From Moniliella sp. 'wahieum' (taxonomy: Eukaryota), in assembly GCA_003971905.1 (NCBI GenBank), contig RSEE01000064.1, positions 360,013-380,012 on the forward strand: DNA of 20,000 nt. Reading direction: 5' to 3'. Below, one piece after another: positions 1-11,263 of this stretch. Position 1 is the first letter of the stretch. Each line of letters starts with the position of its first letter. The notes under the pieces were generated by a model. The model saw only the letters and a list, made by a program, of their open reading frames with translations, did no database searches and was not told the DNA's origin. A program made the position numbers and the translations under genes.

Positions 1-1
1 T

Positions 2-247
2 ACGACTGGGGCTACCGTCGCGCTCCAACTGTCTGCTTGCACATACGAGGACTCGGCGGTCCAGAGGAACCAGACGTTCGAGGCTGAGGAGGACTCGATT
101 AGTTTCACCGCCGGCGAACAGGGCGAAGCAAGCGCGAACGGGTACTTCCCCGTCCTGTCGGGCGATTCGGTCGTGCTCAAGGTGCAGAGTTACAGCGCTA
201 GCACAGGGTTCTGGTCCGGGAGCGATATCCAGCCTGTTTCGTCATAA
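2..247 (+). CDS. 3' end of a protein-coding gene entering from the left edge, product unknown
   Basis: Stop-free frame from position 2 (TTGATVALQLSACTYEDSAVQRNQTFEAEEDSISF...IQPVSS) to TAA at 245-247, with G/C-ending codon bias and T-rich sequence after the stop. LQLSAC...NQTF is only faintly ricin-B-like. Confidence 0.5.
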   Translation, partial: TTGATVALQLSACTYEDSAVQRNQTFEAEEDSISFTAGEQGEASANGYFPVLSGDSVVLKVQSYSASTGFWSGSDIQPVSS

Positions 248-2159
248 GTTGTGTCGTTTTTATGCAATGTCCGCGCTGAAGCTCGTTGGCGTACTGAGGG
301 CTTCGTCAGCGCCCTGGCTTCAACAAGGCTTGAGGCTCAGGCTTCAGGACGTAGATTGAATTTGATTCGTTTTTATGGACCGTAGACTTCCCATTGCCCA
401 AAGACGACGGCCATCTCCACCCTCTCTTTGCATCGAAACGCTCTTTCGTAGCGTCTTTTTTCTTCTCTTTGGGCTGGGATACTCCATTAAGGAATAAGAT
501 GCACGTCTGTTGGCTCATCAGGTTCAATGTATAGACCTGCATACTCGACAGAAAATTGGACCCGTTCGGGATGCTATACTATACCCACTGAGGTTCTTTC
601 CTTCGGTTCAAACACGTCTTTGGTCCCGACCGAGTCGTTATCAACGATACCGTGGAGATAGGAGCGACGATGCGTTCGGACCATCGATCGGGGTCCCAGG
701 TTCCTGCCTGGTAACCCGCCTAGACAACAGGCATGCAGCTCAAGTGGGTTACCTTTCTTCCTCCAGTCCCTCCGCTGCACCGTGAGGTTCGCACTAGTTA
801 GTAATAACAGCCCACCGTCAAAGAGACCTTGACCGACACTGCAGTCACTGGCAGTGTAGCCAAACTAAAAGTAGAGATACTGATTAGCTCATGATCAACC
901 CATAATAATACGCTCCGTGTCTACCAAGGGTCTACTTCCCTCTCTAGTTACCTTCGACTGCCTACTTCACCCACTGCACTATGCTCCCCCCCCAACCCCC
1001 CTTCTGCTCCACCCAGGAACTTGCATGGTACACTCGAACGGGACGGGGCTGTCTACGATTGGCTATAGACTAGGTTCTCGCCACCACCTACCAAGTTGGC
1101 TCGTACAGGCTCTCACGTGGTCAGTCACGGTATGACCGCAGCCGCTGTGTGGACGACCAACGGCGAGCGGGACGAACCCACCCCGGGCTGGACCTCTAAA
1201 GCAAAACCGACACTATAAACGGCGATAAAGAACTAACGGACAACATCTGGTTGGAGTCTGTCGGATACCATTGGCACCTCTACCAATCCATCTCCTCTGA
1301 CCGTCCCTAGTGGCGTACTAACAGACAAATGGCACCTCTCTCGTAGGCGATCTGGGGACAACATGGTCTTAGTTGGGTTCAACCAACGTCGAAGGTGGGT
1401 GGGAGGGTTGAAATTGCTAGGTGCAGCACGGACAGGCACAGTCGCTAGACCGAATCTTACCCCCAGGGGCAGAGGCGAGAGTGTGCCGGCCAAAGTGGAG
1501 AGAGGGTAGGAACATGAGCATGAGGAACTAACTACGGGCTACTATCATGCCAACCCGTGCAAGTATTACGCCCACACATACGCTACCGCCGGTGAACTGG
1601 GCGGGAAAGGTTGGAGGCAGTAGGTACTCATCTGACCGATCAACGTAACGGACGAACCAATTGATCGGGTCACTGTCATATGACAACCCTCTCTACCTGT
1701 GCTGTCTTCGCCGCGAAACAGGTCCCTGGGGCGCAATCTGAGAGGCAGGGCACGGCAAGAGTTGAGAAGGCGTAATGGGATCTGTGGGTGTGCGGATCAG
1801 CGATGACTTCTGAGCCCTCGGGGCCACTGGACTGTCTGCGCTGCTGAGCTGATCTGTACCTCTGCCGATTTGCTGTGGTACCCCTCGTGTGAGGTGTGGG
1901 CCGCGGGGAAGCTATAGTGCAGAGGTGAGGGGTCTCAATAGCATAAGACGATTCATATACACTGTTGCATTTTTCTGTGGCCGGTGGGTTGTTGGTTTTC
2001 TTTTTCTTCTTGAGCATTGCTAGCCTGGCAGGCAAGTGGAAGGGATGGGGGCACAGTTGCGTTTTGTTTCTACGCCCCCTTTAACACCCTTTCCCGTACA
2101 CATACACACCCCCACACCTCTGCGTGTCTGTCCCCATCTCATTCGCTTCTCCTCGGCGG

Positions 2160-3223
2160 TCAAACGATGCCCCATGCATCCTCGATCGCGCACGTAAAAC
2201 TGGAACCGGGAAACGAGGTCAGAATTAAGTATCGCAACTGACGAGCCTAGCCAGGAAGGGGGGGGGGAGTCAACGTACCTTGCCACACGCCACCGAGGCA
2301 CTAAGGGAGTACTCGGAGATGGAGATCTCTCATCAACAATCGTATCGGCAAAGTTATCCTGACCAGGCCATCGCGCCGACAAACACGGCGAGCGAGTGGT
2401 CCTTGGGGATGGTGGGGATGTACTGGGACAAGGTGGACGGAGCATTGTGACTGAGGGTGATTTTGTGCGTGTTGGGAGGCAAGTGGTCATTGATGGGTTC
2501 TTGATCACTGTCAGCAATCGTTCGTTGCCCTGAACGGAACGGATACTAAGTTTGAGCAACAGCTGAACCATCAGGCCAGAGAAGCGCTTGAACGTGCGCG
2601 GAATGCGCACACGCGGGTTCACTTCAATCAACACCCCCTTGGCCGTGTGGATGTAAACCTGCAGCAAACCAGCCTTGTTGAGCGGCGAGTCGAGCAAAGT
2701 CAAAAGACATTGGTGCGTAATGTCCGGCCTGGCATCCGCAATGTCCCGCCCCATCTTGGCCAGCACGCTCTGGTGGTCATCGCAGTTGAGCAACGCCAAC
2801 TTGCCCCCGGCACCATCCTTGGCGCGCTTCCCGCCGCGCCACCCGCAGGACCATAGCCACGGTAGGCACTGCCGCTGCTCGTGGGCATCTGGTACGTCTC
2901 GAGACACGCCTGCTCCAGGATGACAATCAGACGGGGAGTGTTGGCCTTTTCAGCCTCGGTCTTGGGCACCTTGGGCGCAGTAGGCACCAGCTGGGGCTCG
3001 GCACGCGCACGCTTCGTGCTGCCCGTCTCGTCGGGCTGCGAGGCAGGCGGCTTGGGCGGCAGGCCGTGCGGGCGGCGCGGGGTGAACCTTGGCGTCGGGC
3101 GGATGCGGGGCTCGGAGGGCTTGGCCGCCGCAGCAGGCGCAGCACTGACGTCGGGCACGCGGTAGCCGTCGAGGGCGGCGCGGCCATCTCGGCGTCGCTG
3201 GCAGAGTGCTCGCTGTCGGACAT
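2160..3223 (-). CDS. EMG1: 18S rRNA pseudouridine N1-methyltransferase Nep1/Emg1 (SPOUT family); several apparent frameshifts, one intron
   Basis: Motifs [67 protein letters not shown] and [15 protein letters not shown] are spread over ORFs 2927..3223, 2700..3158 and 2020..2907. ATG at 3223 is in a GCCGCCATG context. The last exon [15 protein letters not shown] ends at 2160. Confidence 0.93.
2200..2278 (-). other. Spliceosomal intron (79 nt) near the 3' end of EMG1
   Basis: Minus strand reads AAG|GTACGT ... CTGAC (branch) ... TTCCAG|. Splicing joins ACGK to the conserved terminal F-x-C-A-I-E-D-x-W, with one extra T in the T-run. Confidence 0.8.
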
Positions 3224-3328
3224 GGCGGCGGTGGTGGGCGGGACGGAGGAGCAGCGGCGCGGGCGGGAAAAAAAAAATGGCCAGCCACTGGGCCGGGAAG
3301 AGTCTGCGCCGGGAAGCGGGTGCGCCCG

Positions 3329-3338
3329 GTCACGTGAC
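3329..3338. promoter_or_regulatory. Palindromic E-box GTCACGTGAC (Cbf1/bHLH-type site) upstream of EMG1
   Basis: Perfect 10-bp palindrome about 105 nt upstream of the EMG1 ATG, near a poly(A/T) tract at about 3268-3277. Confidence 0.4.
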
Positions 3339-3528
3339 TTGGCCGTCCTCTCCGCTGGTAGCCGGCCGAGGAGAAGTGTTTCTTCGAGTGGGGTATATCC
3401 ACTACCGACTATGCTATGACTATCGACTGTCGGCTATCTGATCCATCCATCCATGGGGATAGGCACGATCCAGGCTGGACTTCGAGCATTGGTTCTCCAG
3501 GTAGGCGCGGCCACGTGGACGCGAACCG

Positions 3529-5951
3529 CTAGTCGGCCGCCCGGAGGAGCGCGTCGTCGAGGCGGACCGAGGCGGTGACGCGTGGGGGCGCCAACCCCAG
3601 CGGCGCCTCGCCCGCCGCATCCGCCGCGTCCGCCTCGGCCACAGGCAGCGCGTCCCGCACCATCACCTCCAGCTCCCCTGCCTTCTCCCACCCGCGCCAC
3701 AGCACCAGCACCAGCGGCGACCCATCAGTTCCGCGTCCACCAGCCGGGCGGCACCGACGCCGCCCGGTCGTCCAGCACCACATCTCCAGCGCCACGGGCG
3801 CGGTAGGAAGGTAGCTTGCGCGCGCCGTACGTGCCCTGTGCGGCATCCAGCGCGGCCTGCACTGTGCGCCGCGCCGCCTCGGCATCGGGCGCAGACGAGG
3901 TTAGTAGCCGTAGTACCCGTTCCACTGCTTCGCGCGTGCCTTTCCCATCGTTCGCCTCGTCCACCGGAGGCGCAATCACATACGCCACGTAGGGCGCTAC
4001 TGCGCGTGGCCACACTAGACTTCTCCCCGCCTCGCGCGGCGGCACGTTGGGCCAACGCACCTATCAGGCGCGAAATACCCACCCCATAGCACCCCATTTG
4101 GAACGGCGCTTGGCCCATGTAGCGGTGGTCGGGCAAGCCCAGTGCATCTGCTTCCATCGCACTCACCTCATCTGGCGCAGGTGTCAGACGCGAGCTTCGG
4201 CATTGGCATTGGTATTGGCATCTGCGTCTGGTGAGCGTTGCTCCGTGTCGCGCTCGGCCGCAATTTGCGCGGGGCGAGTGGGGCGCCCGGAACAAAGCCT
4301 ACGTTGAGTGCGTCCGAGTACCGTGTGCCCAAGAGAAACGCGTGAGCGACTTCGATCGATTTGGTCGCTTGTTGTAAGGGCTAGTGATGCCCTTGGCACT
4401 GCACTGTCCACATGCATCGCCGACCTCGGGTTGGGAATAGGCGCAACGGCTCGTGATCGAATGCAGCGTGCGCAGTCGCCCGGTTCAGCCACCGTCAGGG
4501 CGGGAACAGTTCTATAGCGACGGAGGCGGTGCGTTCCAGCCCCCTGGGTCTGGGCTTGAGCTTGGGATTGGGCTGCGCGCCGGTCCAGGCAGCCAAGACG
4601 GCGGTGCGAGACGGCTTCCATCATTTCGCTCGGTCCATCAGTGTGCACTCGCGATCGACATGCAGCTCGAGCCGATCAAAAATGACGGTAGTCCACCGGG
4701 CCCAATTTCCGGCTGGCCCAGACTCACGGGCTGGAGAGCACGCCCTTACTGGCGCGCACGACCGCTGCGTCATTCAACGTGCGCGTGCGCGGGACGACAA
4801 AGGCGTGCAAGGCGGAGGGCGTGGCAGGTGTGCGGCCGGTCTCCTCCGTGCCGGGCAAAGAGGAAAGTTGGTGGTCAGTTGGAACGCCTCCGAGGCGCAA
4901 ATAGGCGTACTTCCACATCCCCTGCTTCCATCGGTAGCGGTACCTCACTGTTCATCGTCCGTGGCGCAGCGGGAGCAGCTCTTGGTTCCACACACCATGA
5001 CATCCCACACGATAACAACGTATCTTCCCCAAGGATCGGGGAAATGGTACTCGTGACTCAGTTCGCCCCCGATTGCCCCGGTATCGGCCACAGCCGAGAT
5101 CCACTGGCCATGCCGCGACCCGAGGATGCGATCCAAGATGCGTGTATATGCCTGGCGAACCGCTTGGTACGCATCTCGTGCCGCGGTAGGATCCGCCTCA
5201 ACGTGTACAGGTCCTTCATTAGGAACTCGCGCGTGCGCAGAACCCTGCCCGCGGCCGCAGCTCGTTACGGAACTTGGGTGTGATCTGGAAGACGCGAACT
5301 GGGAGCTGACGATACGAATGTACATCCTGTGCCACCAGGCGTGTCACTTCTTCTTCGTGCGTCGGGCCTAGGAGATATTCCGTCCCACTGCGCGAGGTAG
5401 CGTCATCAGTTTCCCCCTCCATTGTCTTCCACCGCCCTCGTCCGCCACAGCGCAGAGGGAAGTAACACGGGCATGGCAATTTCGCTCGCGGCCAGGCCGA
5501 GCGGTGAACTCATCTCTTCCCGCACCACATCCGTCACCTTGCGCAGCGTACGTAGACCAGGTGGCAGGAGACTGTACACGCCAGCAGAGGATTGACGTAC
5601 ATGCCCACCACGCAGTAGCAGTTCGACGCTGGCTACCCGCGAGGCGGCCGCACCGCTTTGGCCTGCCCGCCCGGCGCCAAAGGTGGGACGAAAGAGTTTG
5701 CTGGCGCGGACAACGCGGGCGGTACGGCTGGGCTGGAGGGGCGGGGAGAAGGGGGTGTTAGGCGACGACGACGGCGGTAAGAAGGAGGAGAACGTACCAC
5801 TGCGGGCGGCGCGGTGAGGGCGTGGTGTCGAGTAGGCGGCTGGGCGGTCCAGGGCAATGCGCAGGGCAGGAGCCGTGCGGTGGTGGGGGAGAGAGTGGTG
5901 GAGGGCAGGGATGAGGAGAGGGCGGTGGTGAGGACGCAGAAGAGCAGCCAT
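3529..5951 (-). CDS. AIM10: Prolyl-tRNA synthetase, mitochondrial/bacterial type; multiple apparent frameshifts
   Basis: Arg/Leu/Ser-rich presequence-like N-terminus, then [111 protein letters not shown] and VVLDDR, in the canonical class IIa ProRS order across several ORFs. Confidence 0.9.
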
Positions 5952-6317
5952 GGCGGCGGCCCCAGCGGAGGATGGACGAGAAGGGGCGGTGGTGCGGCTG
6001 GGAAAAGAAGGGCGTAACGGGGTTGCCGATTAGCGGAGCCCAGCGGGAGGCCAGTCCAAGGGCCGAAGCCAGGCAGGTCAGGTGACTGGTCATGTGACCG
6101 TCCGGGGGCCGTCCCTGTCTGCTGTCTGCTGTCTGCTGTGGGTGAGGGTTTATTTGTGTTGGGTGAAATGGCGGCGACGATCCAAGATCCACGTCTCCGC
6201 CCGGGTGCCATGGCAGAGAGGAGAGGCGCTGTTCTGGTTCGCTACCGGGTGGGAATCAAAATGCCAGATGGGATGGGGTGCAAGCTAAGTACAGAAAGGA
6301 GACAGGCAGACCGACCG

Positions 6318-6346
6318 ACACACATACACACACACACATACACACA
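6318..6346. repeat. Imperfect (CA)n microsatellite
   Basis: ACACACATACACACACACACATACACACA. Confidence 0.8.
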
Positions 6347-6378
6347 GGTGCCGCCAGCCTGGGCGCTGAAGAAAGTGT

Positions 6379-8233
6379 TCATGACGACGAGTGCAAGAAG
6401 CCTTCGAGCGACGACGCTTTGGCTGTGGCAGACGATACTGCCAATTGGCGTGGCCGTCGAGGAAGCGCTGCGCGGCCGCCTCCACGTCCACCACCTCCTT
6501 GGGCACATTGGCAGTGAGCACCACCGGCTCCTTCTCGCCCACCACCACATCGTCTTCTACGCGAATGCCAATTCCACGGTAGGCCGGGGAAGCGCAGGTC
6601 GTTCAAGGGAATGTACAGGCCCGGCTCGACGGTGACAACCGTATTGGCTTGCAACTTGGTTGCGCGCGACACACTTGGCGTATCGTGCAGGTCGACACCG
6701 AGCCAGTGACCAAGTAGTGCGGGTACAGTACGTTCTCCAACACCCCGCTACTCAAGTGCATCCCCGTAACTGTCGTACCTCGTACGCCAGATTTCCACAC
6801 TGCGCCGGTGCAGGTCAACCAACTGTAATTTGCCCGGGCACTAACCAGCGCCGTGACCTGCTTGGTCGTAGCCAACACCGCCTCGTACACGTCCCGCTGG
6901 GCCGGGGAAAACGTGCCGTTGGACGAGCCGTCCGTGGCGCGCACAGGCCAGCACGCGTAATGTCCGCCGCGTACCCGTCCACTTCCGCACCGGCATCCAT
7001 ACAGATCAAGTCGCCTGGCCGGACAAGATGGTCGTTGGCGGTATAGTGGATGGTCAGTCCATTGGCTCCGCCAGCTACAACCGGTTCGTACGCCGGTAGG
7101 ATCGACATGCCGGCCTGCGCCGCACACGCTACGTAATGCCGCTTGTACATGCGCTTCGGTCGTCTGCCCCGGCTCAATGGGCAGCCCCATGGTGCGCGTC
7201 ATGGCTAACGCCGATACGTCTGCCGCACGTTTCATCAGTTGCAGCTCAGCCGCACTCTTGGTCCATCGCAATCGTTCCACATGCGGCGCGAGACGGTTGG
7301 TGCGCAAAGCATCTTGCACCAACGCAAGTACTTGTCCATGTCGGTCTGCCGCTCAAACATACGGTGATCCAGTTGTTTCGCTATCCTTGCTCAACAGTTC
7401 CCCCAGCCGACTCATCGGTGGGGAGCGAACAGGCTTGCCAGCGCGGGCGGTGCGCAAGAGCGAAAGCGACGGCGGCGGATCAAAGTACACTTGGTCACAC
7501 TCGTCATACAACGCGTAACTTGTTCCGCCAACTTGGCCCCGAGAAAGGGTACGCTTCGTCCGCGCCAAACACGTCGATCGCACCCTCTACGCCGGTGCGC
7601 GGGCCATTCCACAGCTCCTCCGATGCGTCGCCCGAGGGAGCACGAGCATGATCAGTCGGTGGCCCTTGCCCGTTGGAGCATTCGGGTCTTCCGGTAACAC
7701 CAGCGCCGCTGCATCGGGCTCCAAAAAGCCAGTGAGATAGAACATGTTGGATTCTTGCCGGAACCGATAAAAGATAGGACCAGACATGTACTTGATCCGC
7801 CCCGCCGAGGAGCAACACCCGCTCTTAGCAGGCAAACTGGCTAGCAACTTGGCCCGCCGAGTGGCGTACTCGGCACGCGTGATGCCCGGCGTGACCTGGC
7901 TCAGGTCCCATCCGCTTCGCCCGACGCAAGTGTCTTGTGCACCAGGCCGGCCCCGGCACTGAGCGGAAGACGCCGGGGGAACAAGTGCGGATGAGTCCAC
8001 GGCATCGGCTGACCGTACTTGCGTGCACGCGCTCGCGCTGACGGCACCGCCGCCAGCCCTGGAGCCACGGCGGCGGGGCTGCTGCCCGCGGGACGGGGGT
8101 GGCGACCGCGTCGGACGACGGCGGGGGGGACTCATCGGCAGGCGGGCAGAGGAGAAGGAACGCAGAGGAGGGCGCAGGCCAGGCGCAGCAGGACCCCTCG
8201 TCGGGCGAGGCAGGCGGGCACGAAAGACGCCAT
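6379..8233 (-). CDS. ICP55: Xaa-Pro aminopeptidase (M24B), mitochondrial intermediate cleaving peptidase Icp55-like; multiple apparent frameshifts, 3' end approximate
   Basis: MASFVPACLARRGVLLRL presequence-like start at 8233, then EYATRRAKLL, YRFRQESNMFYLTGFLEPDA, ELWNGPRTG, LRWTKSAAEL, AYEPVVAGGANGLTIHY, MDAGAEVDGYAADITR, VVTVEPGLYIP and GIRVEDDVVV (M24 metal-ligand motifs). Confidence 0.88.
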
Positions 8234-8873
8234 GGAACGCACAGACGGCCACGGACTTGTCTGGTGGTCGTGGCTACCGCCTAACCTTCCTTCGCCAGCC
8301 AAGCCGACGTTTGGCGGACAGGGCGACTTTGCACACAGGCGTTGTGCCTCATCACCGCTCCCTGCGCACTCACCGTTCGCCGCCCGCAGGCTTTCCGCCC
8401 TCCCATTCCGCCCCTGCCCACCCCCCCACCCCCGCGCACCAGCCAAGCACACCGCCGCACGGAGAGCAGCTCCCACGGCCAACCCAACGCATTCTGTTGC
8501 GCTTGCCCGCCACCGCCCAGTGGCGCTGAGCTTACGCGCGGGCGGCGTCATCCTCTCGCTGACAACCGATCACTGCCCCCCCCCCCCTCCTTCCCGCGCG
8601 GGCTGCCAAGAATACTATGTTGGAACCTAGTGGCTTGGGCTATAGAGGGGCAGCCACCGTGTCAAAGTACCGAGCCAGATCATTTCGCCTTGGATGTCAA
8701 CCAGTTCCCACTAGGCCCGGAGCGCAGGGGAGCGAGGGACCCTACGCCGCCTCAGACGAGTCAAGCAGGGGCCAACCAGACCCGGCGGGGGACAGGGTGG
8801 AGTAAGCCGAGGCAGAGGCCGAGGGCGCGGGCGAAGCGGGGGCTGGGCCGGTCGGCGAAGCGGTGACGGTGGA

Positions 8874-9208
8874 TTAGCAACACAGTTCTTCCAGTGCGCA
8901 ACACGCCAGCATACCCAAGCAGCACGCACAGCACCCGTCTGCCCATCGTTGCCGCGGGCAGGTTGTTGCTGCACGTACACCGTTTGCGGTGGCTGCTGCG
9001 GGTAGTAGCCTGTTGCGGTGGCGCGCCGTAGCCCTGTTGCGGAGGGGGCGTAGTAACCGCCTTGCTGGGGGGAGCGTTGCCGTAGTACTATACCGCGTGC
9101 GTGGGGGAGCAGTTGTGTGTGCATGCAGGAGGCATGCCTGGATGCATGCCCTGGGTGGCGAGGGAGGGGGGCGAGAGGGTGTGACACGCGACGTACGGGT
9201 TGGGACAT
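8874..9208 (-). CDS. Small CYSTM-domain (cysteine-rich tail-anchored) protein, two exons
   Basis: Exon 1 MSQP (9208-9197), intron GTACGT...TATAG (9196-9088), exon 2 with P/Q/Y/G-rich YYGNAPPQQGGYY...QQPPQTVYVQQQP and terminal GCCACCLGMLACCALEELCC-TAA. Small frameshifts are present. Confidence 0.82.
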
Positions 9209-9484
9209 GGGGCGGGTGGGGGAATGCGGAATGCAGAGACGAAAGGGAAGAAGCAAGAGGAGGAGAGGGAGAGGGAGGTGGTGATGGTGGTTGGAAACGG
9301 CAAGTCCCCTGCAGGTTGGCTTTTGTGGACACCCAGCGGAGAGGGGTGTTCGGGGGAGGAGGGGGGAGCGGGTAGGCGAGCAGGCGGCGAAGCGGCATGC
9401 CGGCCAGGCAGCACACAGGTACCGTGCGGGGTACGCACCGCAGCGGTTAGACATGGTAGATAGCCTCTGGAACAGCAGCTGCGA

Positions 9485-9519
9485 GCACGGGGCCTGCACG
9501 GGGCCTGCACGGGGCCTGC
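9485..9519. repeat. 11-bp tandem repeat, three copies (GCACGGGGCCT)
   Basis: Read directly in the CYSTM upstream region. Confidence 0.85.
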
Positions 9520-11044
9520 GTAGGCCTCCGTCCCGCACGGGGGGGTATGGGCTGGCGCAGCGCTGCCCGCCGCCGGCTGGGCACTGGGTGCTGCACTGCT
9601 GCGCCGGGCGCTGCCAAGCACGAGCCAAGCTGCCCGACGCACGGCGGCTGCCGGGGGTGGAGCACGCGGCAGGGCGCCACTGTCGGTGCCTCCGGCTGCT
9701 CGGCCTTTTGCGTGCGCGGCGGCTGGCTGGCGCCGTGGCCTGCCTGCCTGACAGCCGCCGTGGCGCGCAGGACGAGAGCCTCAGCGCATGGGCCGAGCTG
9801 GCAGGGTGCAGGGTGCAACCCGTGTGCAACCTCTGCCTCGGGTTTCCGTCCCCAGGCCCCACAAGTTGGCTGAGCAGCTGCGCGCTACGCTGCGCTCTTA
9901 AATCTTACCTAAGGCCTAAGGCCTGGCTGCCTGTCTCCGCTGCTCGCCCCCCGTGGAGAGACGGTAATTGGTTGTCTTCGGTTTTCAATTCGGCATCCTT
10001 ATCGATTATCCATCACCGTCCCCCCGCTCCCGCCATCGTCCCCTCGTGCTCCTTCCCACCGGCACCAACTATCGGCTACTGCGGTCGCACTCCAACTATC
10101 GAACCAGGCATGGACCAGCCCAAATATGCTTCGAGACAATGCGGGGGCAGGGGAGCGCAGGGGAGGGGAGGGATTGGCCCAATAGAGGTGAGGTGCGCGT
10201 GGTGGGGACGTTGAGGGAGGGGGCGACTTGCTGCAGAGCAAGATGAAGAATTCCATCCAAGCGCGGCAGGCAGGTACATACGCATGGACGCATGGACGCA
10301 TGGTACTCCAGGGCCGCTGTGGGGCACATGGGGAGAGAGCAAGGGAGGGGAGGGGGCAATGTCTAGCCCAAGCTCGGGTACAACTTCTTGGTTCGTGCCA
10401 CCACCTTCTTCACGTCCTGGCTGCGTGCGCGCGTGGTGACCAGCAACGCATCCGGAGTATCAATCACCACCACGTCGTCGACGCCGAGACAGGCTATTGG
10501 CCGTCCGGCGGCCGGGACGATGATGCCGCCCGCCTGGGACTCGGTGATGACCAACCGATGGTCGCCCAGCACCCTAGCCTCGCCCTTTTCCGCCGGGATG
10601 AGCCCTGCGAGCGAAGCAAAGTCGCCCACGTCGTCCCAGCCAAACGTAGCTGGCACCACGGCCACCTTGCCCAACTTGGCTGCCGGCTCAGCGACCGCAT
10701 GGTCAATCGCAATTTTTTCCAACTCGGGCCAGATCTGAGTAAAGGCAGCTTGCTTGGCTTCGGGGCCTTGGTCCCACGCCGCACCTACCTTGAGCAAGCC
10801 CTGGTGCAACTCGGGCTTGGTGTGCGCCAGCAAGTCCAGTAACACTTTGGCCTGCACCACAAACATGCCTCCGTTCCAGCGGTACTCGCCCGTCTTCAAA
10901 TACGCCGAAGCGGTCTTGGCATCGGGCTTTTCCACAAGTCAGCGACGACGCGCGCATTGGGCGCCGCCTCAACCCCGACCAAGGGCGCTCCCAGCTTAAT
11001 GTACCCGAACCCAGTGCTGGGGTAGGACGGTGCAATCCCAATGG

Positions 11045-11049
11045 TAACC
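11045..11049 (+). repeat. 5-bp target-site duplication TAACC (second copy at 16106-16110)
   Basis: TAACC immediately precedes the 5' LTR and immediately follows the 3' LTR. Confidence 0.97.
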
Positions 11050-11209
11050 TGTTGACATCCGTCCTAGGACCGCGCGGACCCTGAGTCACGTGAGTCAGCT
11101 TTCATTCCTTCCGAGCTCGCACCAGTCTTCTGGACGAGTCAGTCGCAGAAGCTTCTTAGTCCAATACGACGTTCAGTGCTCACATTCTGTGGTAGTAGCG
11201 AGGCCGACA
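11050..11209 (+). repeat. 5' LTR (160 bp)
   Basis: TGTTGACATCC...GAGGCCGACA, identical by eye to 15946-16105. Confidence 0.97.
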
Positions 11210-11263
11210 GAGTTACATCCTTATCTGCTCATCCCTGAGCTGGCCAAAACTACACCCACAACC

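Noticed and set aside
250..2150. Telomerase RNA hidden downstream of a gene, as in the mRNA-derived Ustilago TER
   Set aside because: No CTAACCCTAA-type template found on either strand, and the reported Ustilago host gene is Emi1, not Emg1.
8711..10214. Long ORFs 8711..9862 (-) and 9291..10214 (+)
   Set aside because: Arg/Pro/Ala/Cys-rich shadow ORFs expected in very GC-rich DNA. Only the CYSTM exon inside has recognisable features.
11090..11263. N-terminal extension of gag from the GTG at 11090
   Set aside because: It starts within the LTR at a non-ATG codon. ATG 11264 in ACCATGG context is the plausible start.
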